A stretch of DNA of 64,000 nucleotides from an uncultured Actinomycetes bacterium (GTDB lineage: Bacteria; Actinomycetota; Thermoleophilia; RBG-16-64-13): positions 352,001 through 416,000 of the forward strand of contig CAWJDT010000001.1 of NCBI GenBank assembly GCA_963841735.1, in the 5' to 3' direction. This document shows positions 21,569-31,931 of this stretch, in pieces; position 1 is the first letter of the stretch; the number at the start of each line of letters is the position of its first letter. The notes beneath the pieces are model-generated. The model was not told where the DNA came from, searched no databases, and was given only the letters and a program-made list of their open reading frames with translations. A program made the position numbers and the translations under genes.

Positions 21569-23607
21569 TCATCTCACACCCCACAGCCAGGCCGCCGCGA
21601 GCGCGACGATGACCAGTAGCAGCAGATAGGCCATGTAGGCCCGGATGCTGCCCGACTGCAGACGCCGGGCATAGGACGCGGCGGCGAGAGCCCAGCGCAC
21701 CACCGGACGGTAGAGCTTCGTGTCAAAGAGGTGCGGCACCGATCCGCTGTAGGTGAGGCGCTGCACAACGCCATTCTCCCTTTCGAGGGTGACGGTCCGC
21801 TCCGGTCGAAGCACCGCCTCCAACACCAAGCGCAGCGGTTTGGTGAATCCGGCCGAGGTCCAGTTCAGAGCCGGTTCGACCCGCTGCCCGCAGGTCCAGA
21901 CGGGAGCCGTAGCCGCCCGCCGCTTGCCCCGCATTAGCACCAGCAGAGCGACCAGGGCCACTAGGATCAGCCCAAGTCCCAGAGTGGGCAACCCGCCCGT
22001 TCCCGTTAGCGGCACACCCACCTTCCACGGCAGCACCGAGGCACCCACCCCCGAGAACACGCCGGCCGCCGCCTCGCCGCCGGGAGCGAGCCTGGCCAGG
22101 GAGGGCAACAGAAGTCCGGGGAGCAGGCCCAGTACCACGCAGAGCGCGGCCAACGTAGTTGTCGCAACCATCATGGGCATGGACACCTCGCGAGCGGCCT
22201 CACAGGCCGGGCGTCGCGGAGGGCCCAGAAGCACGAGCCCGACCACTTTGGCGAAGCAGAACACGGCCAAGGCCGCGGTCATCGCCAGCGCGACCGTCGC
22301 TACCGCGCCCACGATGGCCGGTCCCCAAGTGGCCCCCTGCGCCGCGCCGGCACCGGCAGCGCTCAGCCCGGCCGCCCCCGTGCCAGTCACCACGTGCACC
22401 AGTGCCTGAAGCGTGAGCCATTCGGAGACAAATCCATTCAGAGGCGGCAGACCTGCGATGGCCATGGAGCCAATCAAGAAGGCCCCGCCCGTCCAGGGCA
22501 TCCGACGCAGCAGCCCGCCCAGGCGGTCGAGTTCCAGCCCATGTACTGCCTTGTCGATCGATCCGGCGCTGAGGAAGAGAAGGCCCTTGAACACGGCGTG
22601 ATTGAGGACGTGCAGCAAGGCGGCGGCAAATGCCAGTGCCGCCCAAGCGGGTTGGCCCAGCCGTCTGGAAGAGAAGCGAAGCGCCCAGCCCGAGCACGAT
22701 GATGCCGATGTTCTCGATGGAGTGAAAGGCGAGCAGTCGCTTGAGTTCGTGCTGGAAGAGCGCATAGACGACGCCTCCCAGCGACGAGAGCGCACCCAGG
22801 CCCAGAAGCACCAGGGCCAGCCACACCGGCGTCCCGCCCAGCCACTCGAAGAGCACCCGGATCAAGCCGTAGAGGGCCACCTTGATCATCATGCCCGACA
22901 TCAACGCCGAGATGTGGCTGGGAGCCAGCGGATGGGCCCTGGGCAACCAGCTGTGAAGAGGCATTATGCCCTGCCTTGGCGCCGAAACCCACGATGGCCG
23001 CGAGCCCGATGAACACCTGTAGAGGCGCGCCTATGCCTTGGAGGGCCGTGGGATCACCAAGCACGCCGTGGCCGGCCAGCAGCAGAAGCGACACCCATAC
23101 CCCGACGCCGCCGAGGTGCGTGATGGCGAGATACTCGAACACCGAGCGGCGGGCGTCCGTGTCACGCCGCACGACCAATATGGCCCCAGCCGGCAGCAGC
23201 GTCATGAGTTCCCAGAAAGTCAGAAACGAGGGAGCCGAGCGCGCCGTGAGCACCCCGACCATGGCCAGGAGAAAACCCGCCGTGAGCGCCCCGATCACGG
23301 TGGCGCGGCGAATGCCACGGAGATAGCCCATCGCATAGACCAGCGCGGGCACGCCAGAGACGGCAAGAGCGGCCAAGAAGAATCCGGTCAGCGGGTCGAC
23401 GCCGAACGTCAGTTCCGGGCCACTGCCGAAGGGCGACCCAGCTGTAGTTCTACCCAGAAGGGCGACGAGCCCACCTGCGCCGATCGTGGCAAGACCCGCG
23501 ACCTGTAGCCCCAGGCCCCAAGTCAGCAGCGCCCGCCCCAGGCACAGCGCACCTCCCGCCGCGACCGCGATGGCCCCGGCGACTATGAACCAGGCGACCA
23601 GACTCAC
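21569..23607 (-). CDS. hyfB: Hydrogenase-4 subunit B-like (NuoL/HycC) membrane subunit, frameshifted
   Basis: FLTFWELM, PLHSWLPRAHP.APSHISALMSG, KRLLAFHSIEN, NHAVFKGLLF, GLPPLNGFVSEW across three frames. Confidence 0.85.
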
Positions 23608-23978
23608 GAAATACTGTTCGCTTCTTGGTCGGAAGCGGGTGGGGGCTCGGGTATTGAAAGCTCCTCGAGCAGAGCGCGGGTCTCTGACAGGCCGGAGAGA
23701 ATGACCTGGCGAGCGGTCTCGAGCATCTGGAACATGAGGGGGTCCCGAACCGAGTACCGGACGGTCGTGCCCACCTTGCGGCCTTCGACGATGCCCTGCT
23801 GCCGCAGCGCCGCCAGATGCTGCGAGGTGCCGCTGGAGTCAAGTTGGAGCTCCACCTGCAGCTCACCCACCGTCATGTCGCCGTCCCTCAACAGCTCGAG
23901 AATGCGCACCCGGGCCGGGTGACCCAATACACGGAAGAAGTCCGCCTTCACCGTGTGTATGGGCAGTTGACTGTTCAA
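23604..23978 (-). CDS. ArsR/SmtB family transcriptional regulator
   Basis: KADFFRVLGHPARVRILELL, SQHLAALR; overlaps the hyfB start. Confidence 0.9.
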   Translation of the reverse strand: MNSQLPIHTVKADFFRVLGHPARVRILELLRDGDMTVGELQVELQLDSSGTSQHLAALRQQGIVEGRKVGTTVRYSVRDPLMFQMLETARQVILSGLSETRALLEELSIPEPPPASDQEANSIS

Positions 23979-24018
23979 AGGGAACGCTCCTGGCCTGCCG
24001 GCTGGTCGCCTTGCTTAC

Positions 24019-24040
24019 AATCTTAAGAGTTTGTTAGATT
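24019..24040. promoter_or_regulatory. Putative ArsR operator
   Basis: AT-rich imperfect palindrome AATCTTAA...TTAGATT upstream of arsR. Confidence 0.4.
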
Positions 24041-24202
24041 ACCAGCCTTTAAGTCTACGAGCAAGGCGCGAGCCATACTTGGCGCAAAGACAACGACTAT
24101 GTTTCCGTGCGCCCCAAGATGGATAGAGTCTTGGCTGTAGCGACAGGCGCCCCAGAGCCTTGGTCGACCGGCAGCGGAAGAGCAGGAGGTGCTGGACAAG
24201 CA

Positions 24203-24868
24203 ATGAGCGCTAACGATGCCAGACCGACGATCTCCGCGGAAGCCAGACTGCATGGGTTCGAGCAAGCGCTTCTGGAAATGGACCGCGCTAAAACCCAGCG
24301 AGTTGTTGCAGCCGCGCGAGACACGCTATCCGCGGACCGCATCGTGGAGGATCTGATAGTCCCCGCTCTTGAGAGCATGGGGCACGAGTGGGAGTCAGGC
24401 CGGCTGGCCCTCTCCCAGATCTACATGGGCGGGCGCATCTGCGAAGAACTGGTAGACGCTCTGATGCCACCGGCCAGCCCCCAGCGCAAGAACCAACCGC
24501 ATATGGCGATCGCCGTGCTGGAGGATCACCATCTGCTGGGCAAGCGCATCGTCTATTCTCTGCTGAGGGCTGGCGGGTATGACTTGCTCGACTATGGAAA
24601 CGTTGATGCCGCCTCCCTGATGCACCAGACCCAGCGCGACCAGATCGAGGTCCTGCTCATCTCTACGCTCATGTTGCCCTCCGCGCTGCGTATCGGGGGG
24701 GTGAGCCTCGGTTTGAGGAGCGCCGGATGGACCGGAAAGATAGTGGTGGGCGGCGCGCCGTTCCGCTTCGACGATCAGCTCTGGCGAGAGGTAGGCGCAG
24801 ATGCGACCAGCGCCACCGCATCCGGCCTCATATCACTCCTAGCCCAATTCGGAGTTGAGGCCGCATGA
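24203..24868 (+). CDS. Corrinoid (B12)-binding protein, MtaC/MttC-like
   Basis: Cap domain (PALESMGHEWE.G), DxHxxG motif DHHLLG, ISTLM, VVGGAP; AGGAGG RBS. Confidence 0.88.
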   Translation: MSANDARPTISAEARLHGFEQALLEMDRAKTQRVVAAARDTLSADRIVEDLIVPALESMGHEWESGRLALSQIYMGGRICEELVDALMPPASPQRKNQPHMAIAVLEDHHLLGKRIVYSLLRAGGYDLLDYGNVDAASLMHQTQRDQIEVLLISTLMLPSALRIGGVSLGLRSAGWTGKIVVGGAPFRFDDQLWREVGADATSATASGLISLLAQFGVEAA

Positions 24869-25926
24869 AGACCACGGCCATGACGTCAATGCAACGAACA
24901 CTGACCACCCTGGGTCATCAGGAGCCGGACAGGGTGCCGCTTTTCCTACTGCTTTCCCTACACGGGGCCAAGGAGCTGGGACTCTCCATCAAAGACTACT
25001 TTGCCCGGCCCGAATACGTCGCCGAAGGTCAAATCCGGCTCCGAGCAAAGTACGGCAATGACTGTCTCGACGCTTTCTTCTATGCACCCATCGAGGTGGA
25101 AGTTTGGGGGGGTGAGGTGTTGTACCGCGAGGACGGACCTCCCAACTCGGGCGAGCCGTTTCTCCGCCGGCCAGAGGACATCCTGGAACTCACGGTGCCT
25201 CGAGTGGCTGAGTCGCCCTGCCTGCTCAAGGTCATACAGGCCATCGAGATGATGAAGGTCCGCGGCGGTGACGAGATCCCCATCATCGGCGTGGTCATGT
25301 CGCCATTCTCCCTGCCGGTGATGCAGCTTGGCTTCGACCATTACTTGGACGTGCTCTATGAACGGAAGGACCTCTTCGCCCGTCTGCTGCGGGTCAACGA
25401 GGAGTTCTGCGTCGAGTGGGCCAACGCTCAGCTGACAGCGGGGGCTACGGCCATCTGCTATTTCGACCCTGTTTCCTCCCCGAGCATCATCCCCCGCGAG
25501 CTTTTCCTCAAAACCGGCTACCTCATCGCCAAGCAGACGATTTCTCGCATCGCCGGCCCGACGGCCGGTCACCTGGCCTCAGGCACATGTCTGCCCATCT
25601 TGGACGCCCTCGCACAAACGGGGATGGCCGCGGTGGGGGTGAGCGCGTCGGAGGATCTTGCGGAACTCAAGGCAGCGGCAGCGGGCAAGATCACTCTACT
25701 CGGCAACCTGAACGGCATCGAGATGCGGCGCTGGACCCCGGACCAAACCGAAGCCGCAGTCAAGCAGGCCATCGCGAAAGCAGGGGCCGATGGAGGCTTC
25801 ATTCTGTCGGACAACCACGGCGAGATCCCGTGGCAGGTCCCAGACGAGGTCTTGTTGAACATCTCGGAAGCCGTGGAGCATTGGGGGCAGTACCCGCTTC
25901 GCTGGACGCGGGCCTATGCAGACTGA
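24865..25926 (+). CDS. MtaA/CmuA-like (UroD superfamily) methyltransferase-2 homolog
   Basis: EPDRVP, SPFSLP, FDPVSS, LLGNLNG, GGFILS; overlaps the corrinoid gene stop. Confidence 0.85.
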   Translation: MKTTAMTSMQRTLTTLGHQEPDRVPLFLLLSLHGAKELGLSIKDYFARPEYVAEGQIRLRAKYGNDCLDAFFYAPIEVEVWGGEVLYREDGPPNSGEPFLRRPEDILELTVPRVAESPCLLKVIQAIEMMKVRGGDEIPIIGVVMSPFSLPVMQLGFDHYLDVLYERKDLFARLLRVNEEFCVEWANAQLTAGATAICYFDPVSSPSIIPRELFLKTGYLIAKQTISRIAGPTAGHLASGTCLPILDALAQTGMAAVGVSASEDLAELKAAAAGKITLLGNLNGIEMRRWTPDQTEAAVKQAIAKAGADGGFILSDNHGEIPWQVPDEVLLNISEAVEHWGQYPLRWTRAYAD

Positions 25927-27190
25927 GCTTGTCTTCCTTGTCTGCGAGAACCTCGAACAGGAAGCACGGGCCGTCACGGAGATAGAGCATTGGGAGAACG
26001 TCGAGGTGTTGACGTGCCCTGCACTCTGCACAGACCCCCAGGACCACTCCAGGACCGCCCGGGAGATCGAGGCCGCGAGTAGCCAACATCCTGAGCACTG
26101 CCTGGTGGTCGGCTGTGGAGGGCTGCGGGAGTTGGCCGGCAGCGGACATGAAGGACCGCCGCGCGGCAGAGTGGCCATGGCTTCCTGCTTCGAGTTGGTG
26201 GTGGGGCCCCATCTTGCGGCAGGCTGGATGCAGGACGGCGCCCTTCTCCTTACCCCTGGGTGGCTGGAGCATTGGCCGGAATATGTCCGGGTCTGGGGAT
26301 TCGACCAAGCCACCGCGAAGGAGTTCTTCGCCGAATCCGCTTCCCGCTTGGTCCTGCTCGATACCGGAGTGCGGCTTGAGAGCGCCCGGTGCCTGGCCGA
26401 GTTTGCCTCGTTCGTGGGCCGCCCTGCCGAGACCGTCCCGGTGGGGTTGGACTACTTCCGCCTTAACCTGGCCCAAATGCTTCTTTCCTCGCAACTTGAT
26501 GAGCAACGAGCGACACACACCTCCGCTCTGGCCGACTCCCAGCGGAAGCTTGCGGACTACGCCATGTCCTACGATCTGGTGGGCAGCTTGGCAGGGATGA
26601 AGTCGGAAGACCGGGTGGTCGAAGCGATATTCGAGTTGTTCGCTATGTTGTTCGCTCCCGCGGGCCTGGTCTATATTCCGATGGTCGGAGGCAAGGCGAG
26701 GCCCACACGCTTCATGCCCGAACGGCTGGCAACAGACCCCAGCGCCACAACCGGACTGGCCGAGCTGCGCGAGGAGTACGCTTGGACCGATTCGGGCCAA
26801 GGCTTCGTACTACGCCTGGGAGAACCAGAGGCGGTGTTGGGTATCCTCAAGGTGGAAGGCATCGCGTTCCCGCAGTACATCCAGCACTACCTGAACCTGG
26901 GCCTGAACCTGGCCCGGGTTTGCGCCCTGGCACTACGCAATGCCCGCGTATATGGGGAACTGCAATCCACTATCGGCCAGCTTCAGGAAGCCCTGACCAG
27001 TATCAAGACCTTGTCAGGACTCCTACCCATATGCGCCGGATGCAAGAAGATCCGTGACGACAATGGCTTCTGGACGCAGGTTGAATCATATGTGAGCAAG
27101 CGCACCTCGGCCACCTTCAGCCATGGTCTTTGCCCTGACTGCCTGGCTAAGTACTATCCAGAGTTGGCGGACGAGACGGAGACGGCATGA
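25916..27190 (+). CDS. DUF1638-like domain + GAF-like region + coiled coil + C-terminal Cys4 domain (putative sensor)
   Basis: LLTPGWLEHW...WGFD, LVLLDTG; C-terminal LLPICAGCKKIRDDNGFW...SHGLCPDC, typical of signalling proteins. Confidence 0.75.
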   Translation: MQTELVFLVCENLEQEARAVTEIEHWENVEVLTCPALCTDPQDHSRTAREIEAASSQHPEHCLVVGCGGLRELAGSGHEGPPRGRVAMASCFELVVGPHLAAGWMQDGALLLTPGWLEHWPEYVRVWGFDQATAKEFFAESASRLVLLDTGVRLESARCLAEFASFVGRPAETVPVGLDYFRLNLAQMLLSSQLDEQRATHTSALADSQRKLADYAMSYDLVGSLAGMKSEDRVVEAIFELFAMLFAPAGLVYIPMVGGKARPTRFMPERLATDPSATTGLAELREEYAWTDSGQGFVLRLGEPEAVLGILKVEGIAFPQYIQHYLNLGLNLARVCALALRNARVYGELQSTIGQLQEALTSIKTLSGLLPICAGCKKIRDDNGFWTQVESYVSKRTSATFSHGLCPDCLAKYYPELADETETA

Positions 27191-27281
27191 ACCGCCTCCG
27201 TCGCCCTAGCGGATGGCGCCCGGCCGGCAACCGCTACCTCACGACAGTGGACCGATCCGCGAACCACTCCGCTACAGCCTG

Positions 27282-27878
27282 CTAGCCGCGGGCCCGCTCC
27301 AACAGCACCATCATCATAAGGCTCAAAAAGGCTCTCTTCTCATCCTCTGGGCTCAGCTCAGCGTGCTTCTCTATCTTGAACTTACCCTCAAACAACGCCG
27401 GCTGCTTCTGCATCCTCAAGACCATCCGGCCGTCCGTGGACGAGACAGTGTAGGCCGGATGAAACATGTAGCCCGAGAACATCCCGATTATCGGCAATCC
27501 TCCTACCAGGCTGTCCCAAACCTTCACCCAGGGCTTCTCTTCCCGAATGAGCATCTTGAGGCTCTCGCCCTCATACACATCGTAATGCGCCTTCCAGAGA
27601 GACTTCTTCCCCTCACGCTTGACCGAACCGACCGTCTGTCCCAACTGATCAACGAAGGTGTACCGCGGCGACCAGTCAATTATCTTGTCCGCTTTGATGT
27701 TGAAAGCCGGCCGCGTCTTCTTCTCATCCTCGAACACGGTCACGTCTTCCCTGAGCTTGAACAGTTTCTGCTTGATGTAGCCGACCAGGTTGCCGTTGGC
27801 ATCGCGGACCGCCAGTTGGGGAGACATCGCCACGATCTTGAAGGATAGGGTCAAGGGGAAACTAAGCGGGAACTGCAT
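27282..27878 (-). CDS. LURP-one/scramblase-like protein
   Basis: YIKQKLFKLREDV, IKADKIIDWS; AAGGAG RBS before MQFPL. Confidence 0.75.
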   Translation of the reverse strand: MQFPLSFPLTLSFKIVAMSPQLAVRDANGNLVGYIKQKLFKLREDVTVFEDEKKTRPAFNIKADKIIDWSPRYTFVDQLGQTVGSVKREGKKSLWKAHYDVYEGESLKMLIREEKPWVKVWDSLVGGLPIIGMFSGYMFHPAYTVSSTDGRMVLRMQKQPALFEGKFKIEKHAELSPEDEKRAFLSLMMMVLLERARG

Positions 27879-27966
27879 TCTTGTCTCCTTGGTCGTCGCC
27901 TGTTGTTTGATTCTACCGGATTGCCTGTTCGCTTTGGGCCGCCTTATGGGCCGCCTGTTGCGCCGC

Positions 27967-28281
27967 CTATCCGTAAGAACAGCAGTAGTCCGCCGGCCCC
28001 TTGAGCACCAGTTTGAAAGACGAGTCCGCAGGCACCTCAAAGGACTGACCGGCCGCGAAGGTCTGCCAGTCTTTCGTATCGGGCAGGAGCACATGCATTT
28101 CGCCGCCCAGGATCTCCATCACCTCACGAGATTCGGTGCCAAATTCGTATTCCCCGGGCATCATGAAGCCGAGGGTCTTGTGCGTGCCATCGGCGAACAG
28201 GACGGTGCGGCTGCTGACTTTGCCGTCGAAATAGACGTTGGCTTTCTTGACGATCGTGACGTTGGCGAAATTGTCTGACAT
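27967..28281 (-). CDS. ppnP: Pyrimidine/purine nucleoside phosphorylase (DUF1255)
   Basis: [33 protein letters not shown]. Confidence 0.9.
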   Translation of the reverse strand: MSDNFANVTIVKKANVYFDGKVSSRTVLFADGTHKTLGFMMPGEYEFGTESREVMEILGGEMHVLLPDTKDWQTFAAGQSFEVPADSSFKLVLKGPADYCCSYG

Positions 28282-28504
28282 GCGCCTGTAGCTCCGTTCA
28301 GGTAGTGATTCTATGGTCGGTATGCCACAACAAAGATCACGGTCGCCGGTCGCTCGACCGCGACCCGCGCCGCGAGGTCGACTGAGGGTCGCGTCCGCTC
28401 GTCACTGAAACGCATGTACTCGCCGGGATCCCAGGATTCCACAGCTTCTCCCTCCCCGCTATCGAGGCTGTTTGATAATCATGACGAGCGAGAGCTCTTG
28501 CTCA

Positions 28505-29260
28505 CTACAACAGGAACAACATCAGGGCCGCGACGCCGGTCATCACCATGACGAATACGCGATATGCCCTTTCGGGAATCTTGCCCGCCACTCTGATGCC
28601 AATGAACGCCCCTGCCGCTATTCCCGGGATCATGATCGCATCGAAAGTGAGTGTAGCCGCGTCGATGTTCCTCCAAAAGAATATCTGAAGAGGGAGCTTC
28701 AACAAGTTGATGATCAGAAAGAACCAAGCCGCAGTTCCGATGAATGCTTTCTTGGGGAGATGCATCGATAGCAGATAGATGGACATTATCGCTCCGGCAG
28801 CGTTGCCCACCATGGTGGTGAAGCCTGCCAACAATCCGGCCAAAACCGAAAACCACCAGGCCCCAGGGTAGGCCACGGTGTTCTTTTGCGTGTCCTGCCA
28901 GATCATCAAACCCAGCAAGACGACAATGATGCCGCCCAGCAACATCCGGAATGAGTCATCCGATAGGCCTCCGCCGACAGCTACACCCACACCCAGCCCC
29001 ACCACTGCGCTTGGGAGAAGCTTCAGCAGATAGCCGGTCTCTGCATGTCTGCGGTACCAGGACACGGCGAAGACATCGCCGACACACAGCATGGGAAGAA
29101 TTATGCCTGTCGAAGCCTTACCCCCGAAAGAAAGCGCCATGAGCGGAATGAAGAGTAGAGCCAAGCCGTTCAGCCCGGCCTTTGACATGCCGATCACTAC
29201 GCCGCTGGCGATCGCCAGAACCCACTGGTAGCTCGCCAACTGAGCAAGGTCAAAATGCAT
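28505..29260 (-). CDS. TSUP (TauE/SafE) family transporter
   Basis: GMSKAGL, GFTTMVGNAAG, FIGTAAWFF..NLLKLP. Confidence 0.85.
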   Translation of the reverse strand: MHFDLAQLASYQWVLAIASGVVIGMSKAGLNGLALLFIPLMALSFGGKASTGIILPMLCVGDVFAVSWYRRHAETGYLLKLLPSAVVGLGVGVAVGGGLSDDSFRMLLGGIIVVLLGLMIWQDTQKNTVAYPGAWWFSVLAGLLAGFTTMVGNAAGAIMSIYLLSMHLPKKAFIGTAAWFFLIINLLKLPLQIFFWRNIDAATLTFDAIMIPGIAAGAFIGIRVAGKIPERAYRVFVMVMTGVAALMLFLL

Positions 29261-29275
29261 ATTGGTCCTCGGTCA

Positions 29276-30313
29276 TCAGACCACCCAGTAGGCGAGCGTC
29301 ACGGCAAGCGCATTCATAAGCGCGTGAACGATCATTCCCGGCCATACCGAGTCGGACCTCTGATAGAGATAAGCAAAGAGCAGGCCCACCGCGAACCCAG
29401 GAAGGAAGAAGGTAAGCTCCAGGTGAGCAGCGGAGAACAGAGCAGCGCTTATGACCGCCGCCTTGCGCCAATCGTAGCGCGAGCGCAGGCCGGCAAAGAC
29501 GAAGCCGCGGAAGAACGTCTCCTCCACCACCGGGGCGATAATTACGATCGTGACGAACAGCGGCCAGGGAGTGGAGAGCCCCCGCAAAACGGGCGTCATG
29601 TCAGTCTGCACCCGCAGGCCGAACTCATAGAGCAGCCTGGCATAGAGACCATTGGCGAAGTAAAAGACCAGGAGCAGCCCGAGCCCTATCCCCACGACCG
29701 AGAATCCAAAGCGCACGAAGCCAAGCGTCCTCGAGGAGGCATGGTACTTGCGCACAGCGAACCACCATACGGGCACCAAGAAGAGCAGCTCGAGCACGGC
29801 CGGGACTATGGCGAGCCAGAGATTCACGTGCTTGAGCGAAAAGGCGCGAAGCATGTACGCGAGTGCAAACGTGACCCCGACTATCACCACGGCTACAAGC
29901 ACTCCCAACCAAACATCCCGAGTGCTCCAGGGTATCGCGGCCTGTTTGGCCTGTCCGCCTTGCGCGGTGAGTGTTCCGCCGGACTGCCGCTGAAGTCCCC
30001 GCCGCCCCTTGAGCACCTCGACCCAGTGCTTGACGCCCGGGGTCACATGGCTATGTGAGATCTGCCATTCGCCGAGAGCAATGAAGGCGTCCTGAATCTC
30101 GGGTCGGGCTCCCCGCCATCGTGCCACCCCGGCGCCGTCCACGATGGACCCATTTCCGCCCCACAGTTCCCCGGACATCAGAAAGGCTCCCACATACGTG
30201 TCCGGTTCTCCAAGCACATGATCGATACGCCTGGCCAGCGACGGGTCGTATCGCCGCAGAACATCGCTCAGAGCTGAAAGCTCAACCCGGGCGGCGGCTC
30301 CCGAGATACCCAT
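29276..30313 (-). CDS. CPBP/Abi intramembrane glutamic protease with extra N-terminal soluble domain
   Basis: APVVEETFFRG, FSAAH, HALMN; start uncertain. Confidence 0.85.
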   Translation of the reverse strand: MGISGAAARVELSALSDVLRRYDPSLARRIDHVLGEPDTYVGAFLMSGELWGGNGSIVDGAGVARWRGARPEIQDAFIALGEWQISHSHVTPGVKHWVEVLKGRRGLQRQSGGTLTAQGGQAKQAAIPWSTRDVWLGVLVAVVIVGVTFALAYMLRAFSLKHVNLWLAIVPAVLELLFLVPVWWFAVRKYHASSRTLGFVRFGFSVVGIGLGLLLVFYFANGLYARLLYEFGLRVQTDMTPVLRGLSTPWPLFVTIVIIAPVVEETFFRGFVFAGLRSRYDWRKAAVISAALFSAAHLELTFFLPGFAVGLLFAYLYQRSDSVWPGMIVHALMNALAVTLAYWVV

Positions 30314-30345
30314 TTCCACTGTCTCAGCCCCCCAATTCCGAACAG

Positions 30346-31833
30346 TCAGTTCGCCGGGACGGTCCGGCCCTTGGCCCACTCGCGCACCATGGCGATCTTC
30401 TCCCGGGCGGTGGAAACGATGGGCGAGGTCCGCTTCAGCTCCTCGAGCAGAAGGTCGCTCGTCAGCGACTCACCCGCGGAAAACGCAGAATACAGCGCGG
30501 AGACGACGATCTGCTCCAAATCTGCCCCGCTGTAGCCCTCACTCTCGCGCGCCAACAGCGCCAGGTCGAAGCAATCCGGGTCCTGCTTGCGCTTTCGCAG
30601 GTGGATGCGCAAAATGAGCGCCCGCGCCGTCTCGTCGGGCAGGTCGACGAAGAACGTCTCGTCGAAACGTCCCTTGCGCAACAGTTCGGCCGGCAGGCGC
30701 TGAACATCGTTGGCCGTTGCGACCACAAACACGTCGCCGCGACGCTCCTGCAGCCATGAGAGAAACGTGCCAAGGATGCGCTGGGAAGTGCCGCCGTCTT
30801 CTTCGCCCCCAACGGCGAAGGCCTTCTCGATCTCGTCGATCCACAGCACCAAAGGCGCGAGCCGGTCGGCGGAGCCGACGGCCTTACGGAAGTTCCGCTC
30901 CGACTCACCCATGTACTTGTTGTAGAGCGCTCCCGGATCGAGCCTCACCAGCGGGACCCCCCACGCCGCGGCCACCGCCTTGGCGCAGAGGCTCTTGCCA
31001 CAACCGGGCACACCCACCAGCAAGACGCCGCGAGGAAACTCAAGACCGAATTGCCTTGCCCTCTGCGGGTCGCTCATGAACGTCCGCCGCTTCTCGAGCC
31101 ACTCCTTGAGTCGCACCAGATCGGCGATCTCTTCCAGCGACTGGTCGGTAGAACAGTACTCCAGAAGGCCGTCGCGCTCGACCAGTTCACGCTTCCCCTT
31201 GATGATCTCCTTGAGATCGCTCACGTCAAGACGGCCGTCCTCGACAATCGCCCGGATCAGCAGTTTCTCGGCCTCGAGAAGGGTGAGCCCCTTCAGGTTG
31301 GCCAACAGACGGTCCTGATCCTGCGGCGTCAACACTACTTCGAGCTTCATCCGAGTGGAGATATCGCGGATCACACGCCCAAGCACTGCCTCGTACTCCT
31401 CGCGTGTGGGGACGGGGATTCGCACCAGTCCCACCAGGGTCCGCAGGCCGTCGGGAAGAACGACCTCAGCGCCGGTCAGCACGACGGCACCCGCGCGGCC
31501 TGAGTACCGCTGCGCCGCCTCACGCAGAAGATCGGCGACTTCCGGGTTTTCCAGGTCCGGGGCGAGGCCGTGGAAAAGGTAGAGGGCCGGAAAATCGGAG
31601 TTGATGACGTGGCCGAGTGCAGTGCGCGGATCCTGAGTTCCATAGATACCGTTGGCCACGCCCGCCCGCCTCAGCCCGAAGGCACGCCGCCAGACGAACA
31701 GCGAAAGCTGCATCCGCTCCGCGGCGCTCTCCACGAGCGCAGCTGCACGGTCGTCCTCAGCTGTATCGACAAGCAGGGCGCCGTAGCGGGAGCGGATCAG
31801 CAGTTCGAGATCGTGGAGTGGGTCACCGTTCAC
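30346..31833 (-). CDS. Ycf46-like AAA+ ATPase
   Basis: GVPGCGKS, LWIDEIEK, ATAN, LLRKGRFDE.FFVDLP. Confidence 0.9.
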   Translation of the reverse strand: MNGDPLHDLELLIRSRYGALLVDTAEDDRAAALVESAAERMQLSLFVWRRAFGLRRAGVANGIYGTQDPRTALGHVINSDFPALYLFHGLAPDLENPEVADLLREAAQRYSGRAGAVVLTGAEVVLPDGLRTLVGLVRIPVPTREEYEAVLGRVIRDISTRMKLEVVLTPQDQDRLLANLKGLTLLEAEKLLIRAIVEDGRLDVSDLKEIIKGKRELVERDGLLEYCSTDQSLEEIADLVRLKEWLEKRRTFMSDPQRARQFGLEFPRGVLLVGVPGCGKSLCAKAVAAAWGVPLVRLDPGALYNKYMGESERNFRKAVGSADRLAPLVLWIDEIEKAFAVGGEEDGGTSQRILGTFLSWLQERRGDVFVVATANDVQRLPAELLRKGRFDETFFVDLPDETARALILRIHLRKRKQDPDCFDLALLARESEGYSGADLEQIVVSALYSAFSAGESLTSDLLLEELKRTSPIVSTAREKIAMVREWAKGRTVPAN

Positions 31834-31931
31834 AGTGCGTCAAGATACACGGTTAGAGCATTTCATGATGCCTATTCGTTGCCAAGCCAGCACCTTTGGA
31901 CAATCGAAGGGTCCCAGGTTCTTCCTTCAGG

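Noticed and set aside
23979-24202. Cobalamin riboswitch upstream of the corrinoid gene
   Set aside because: No B12-box consensus seen
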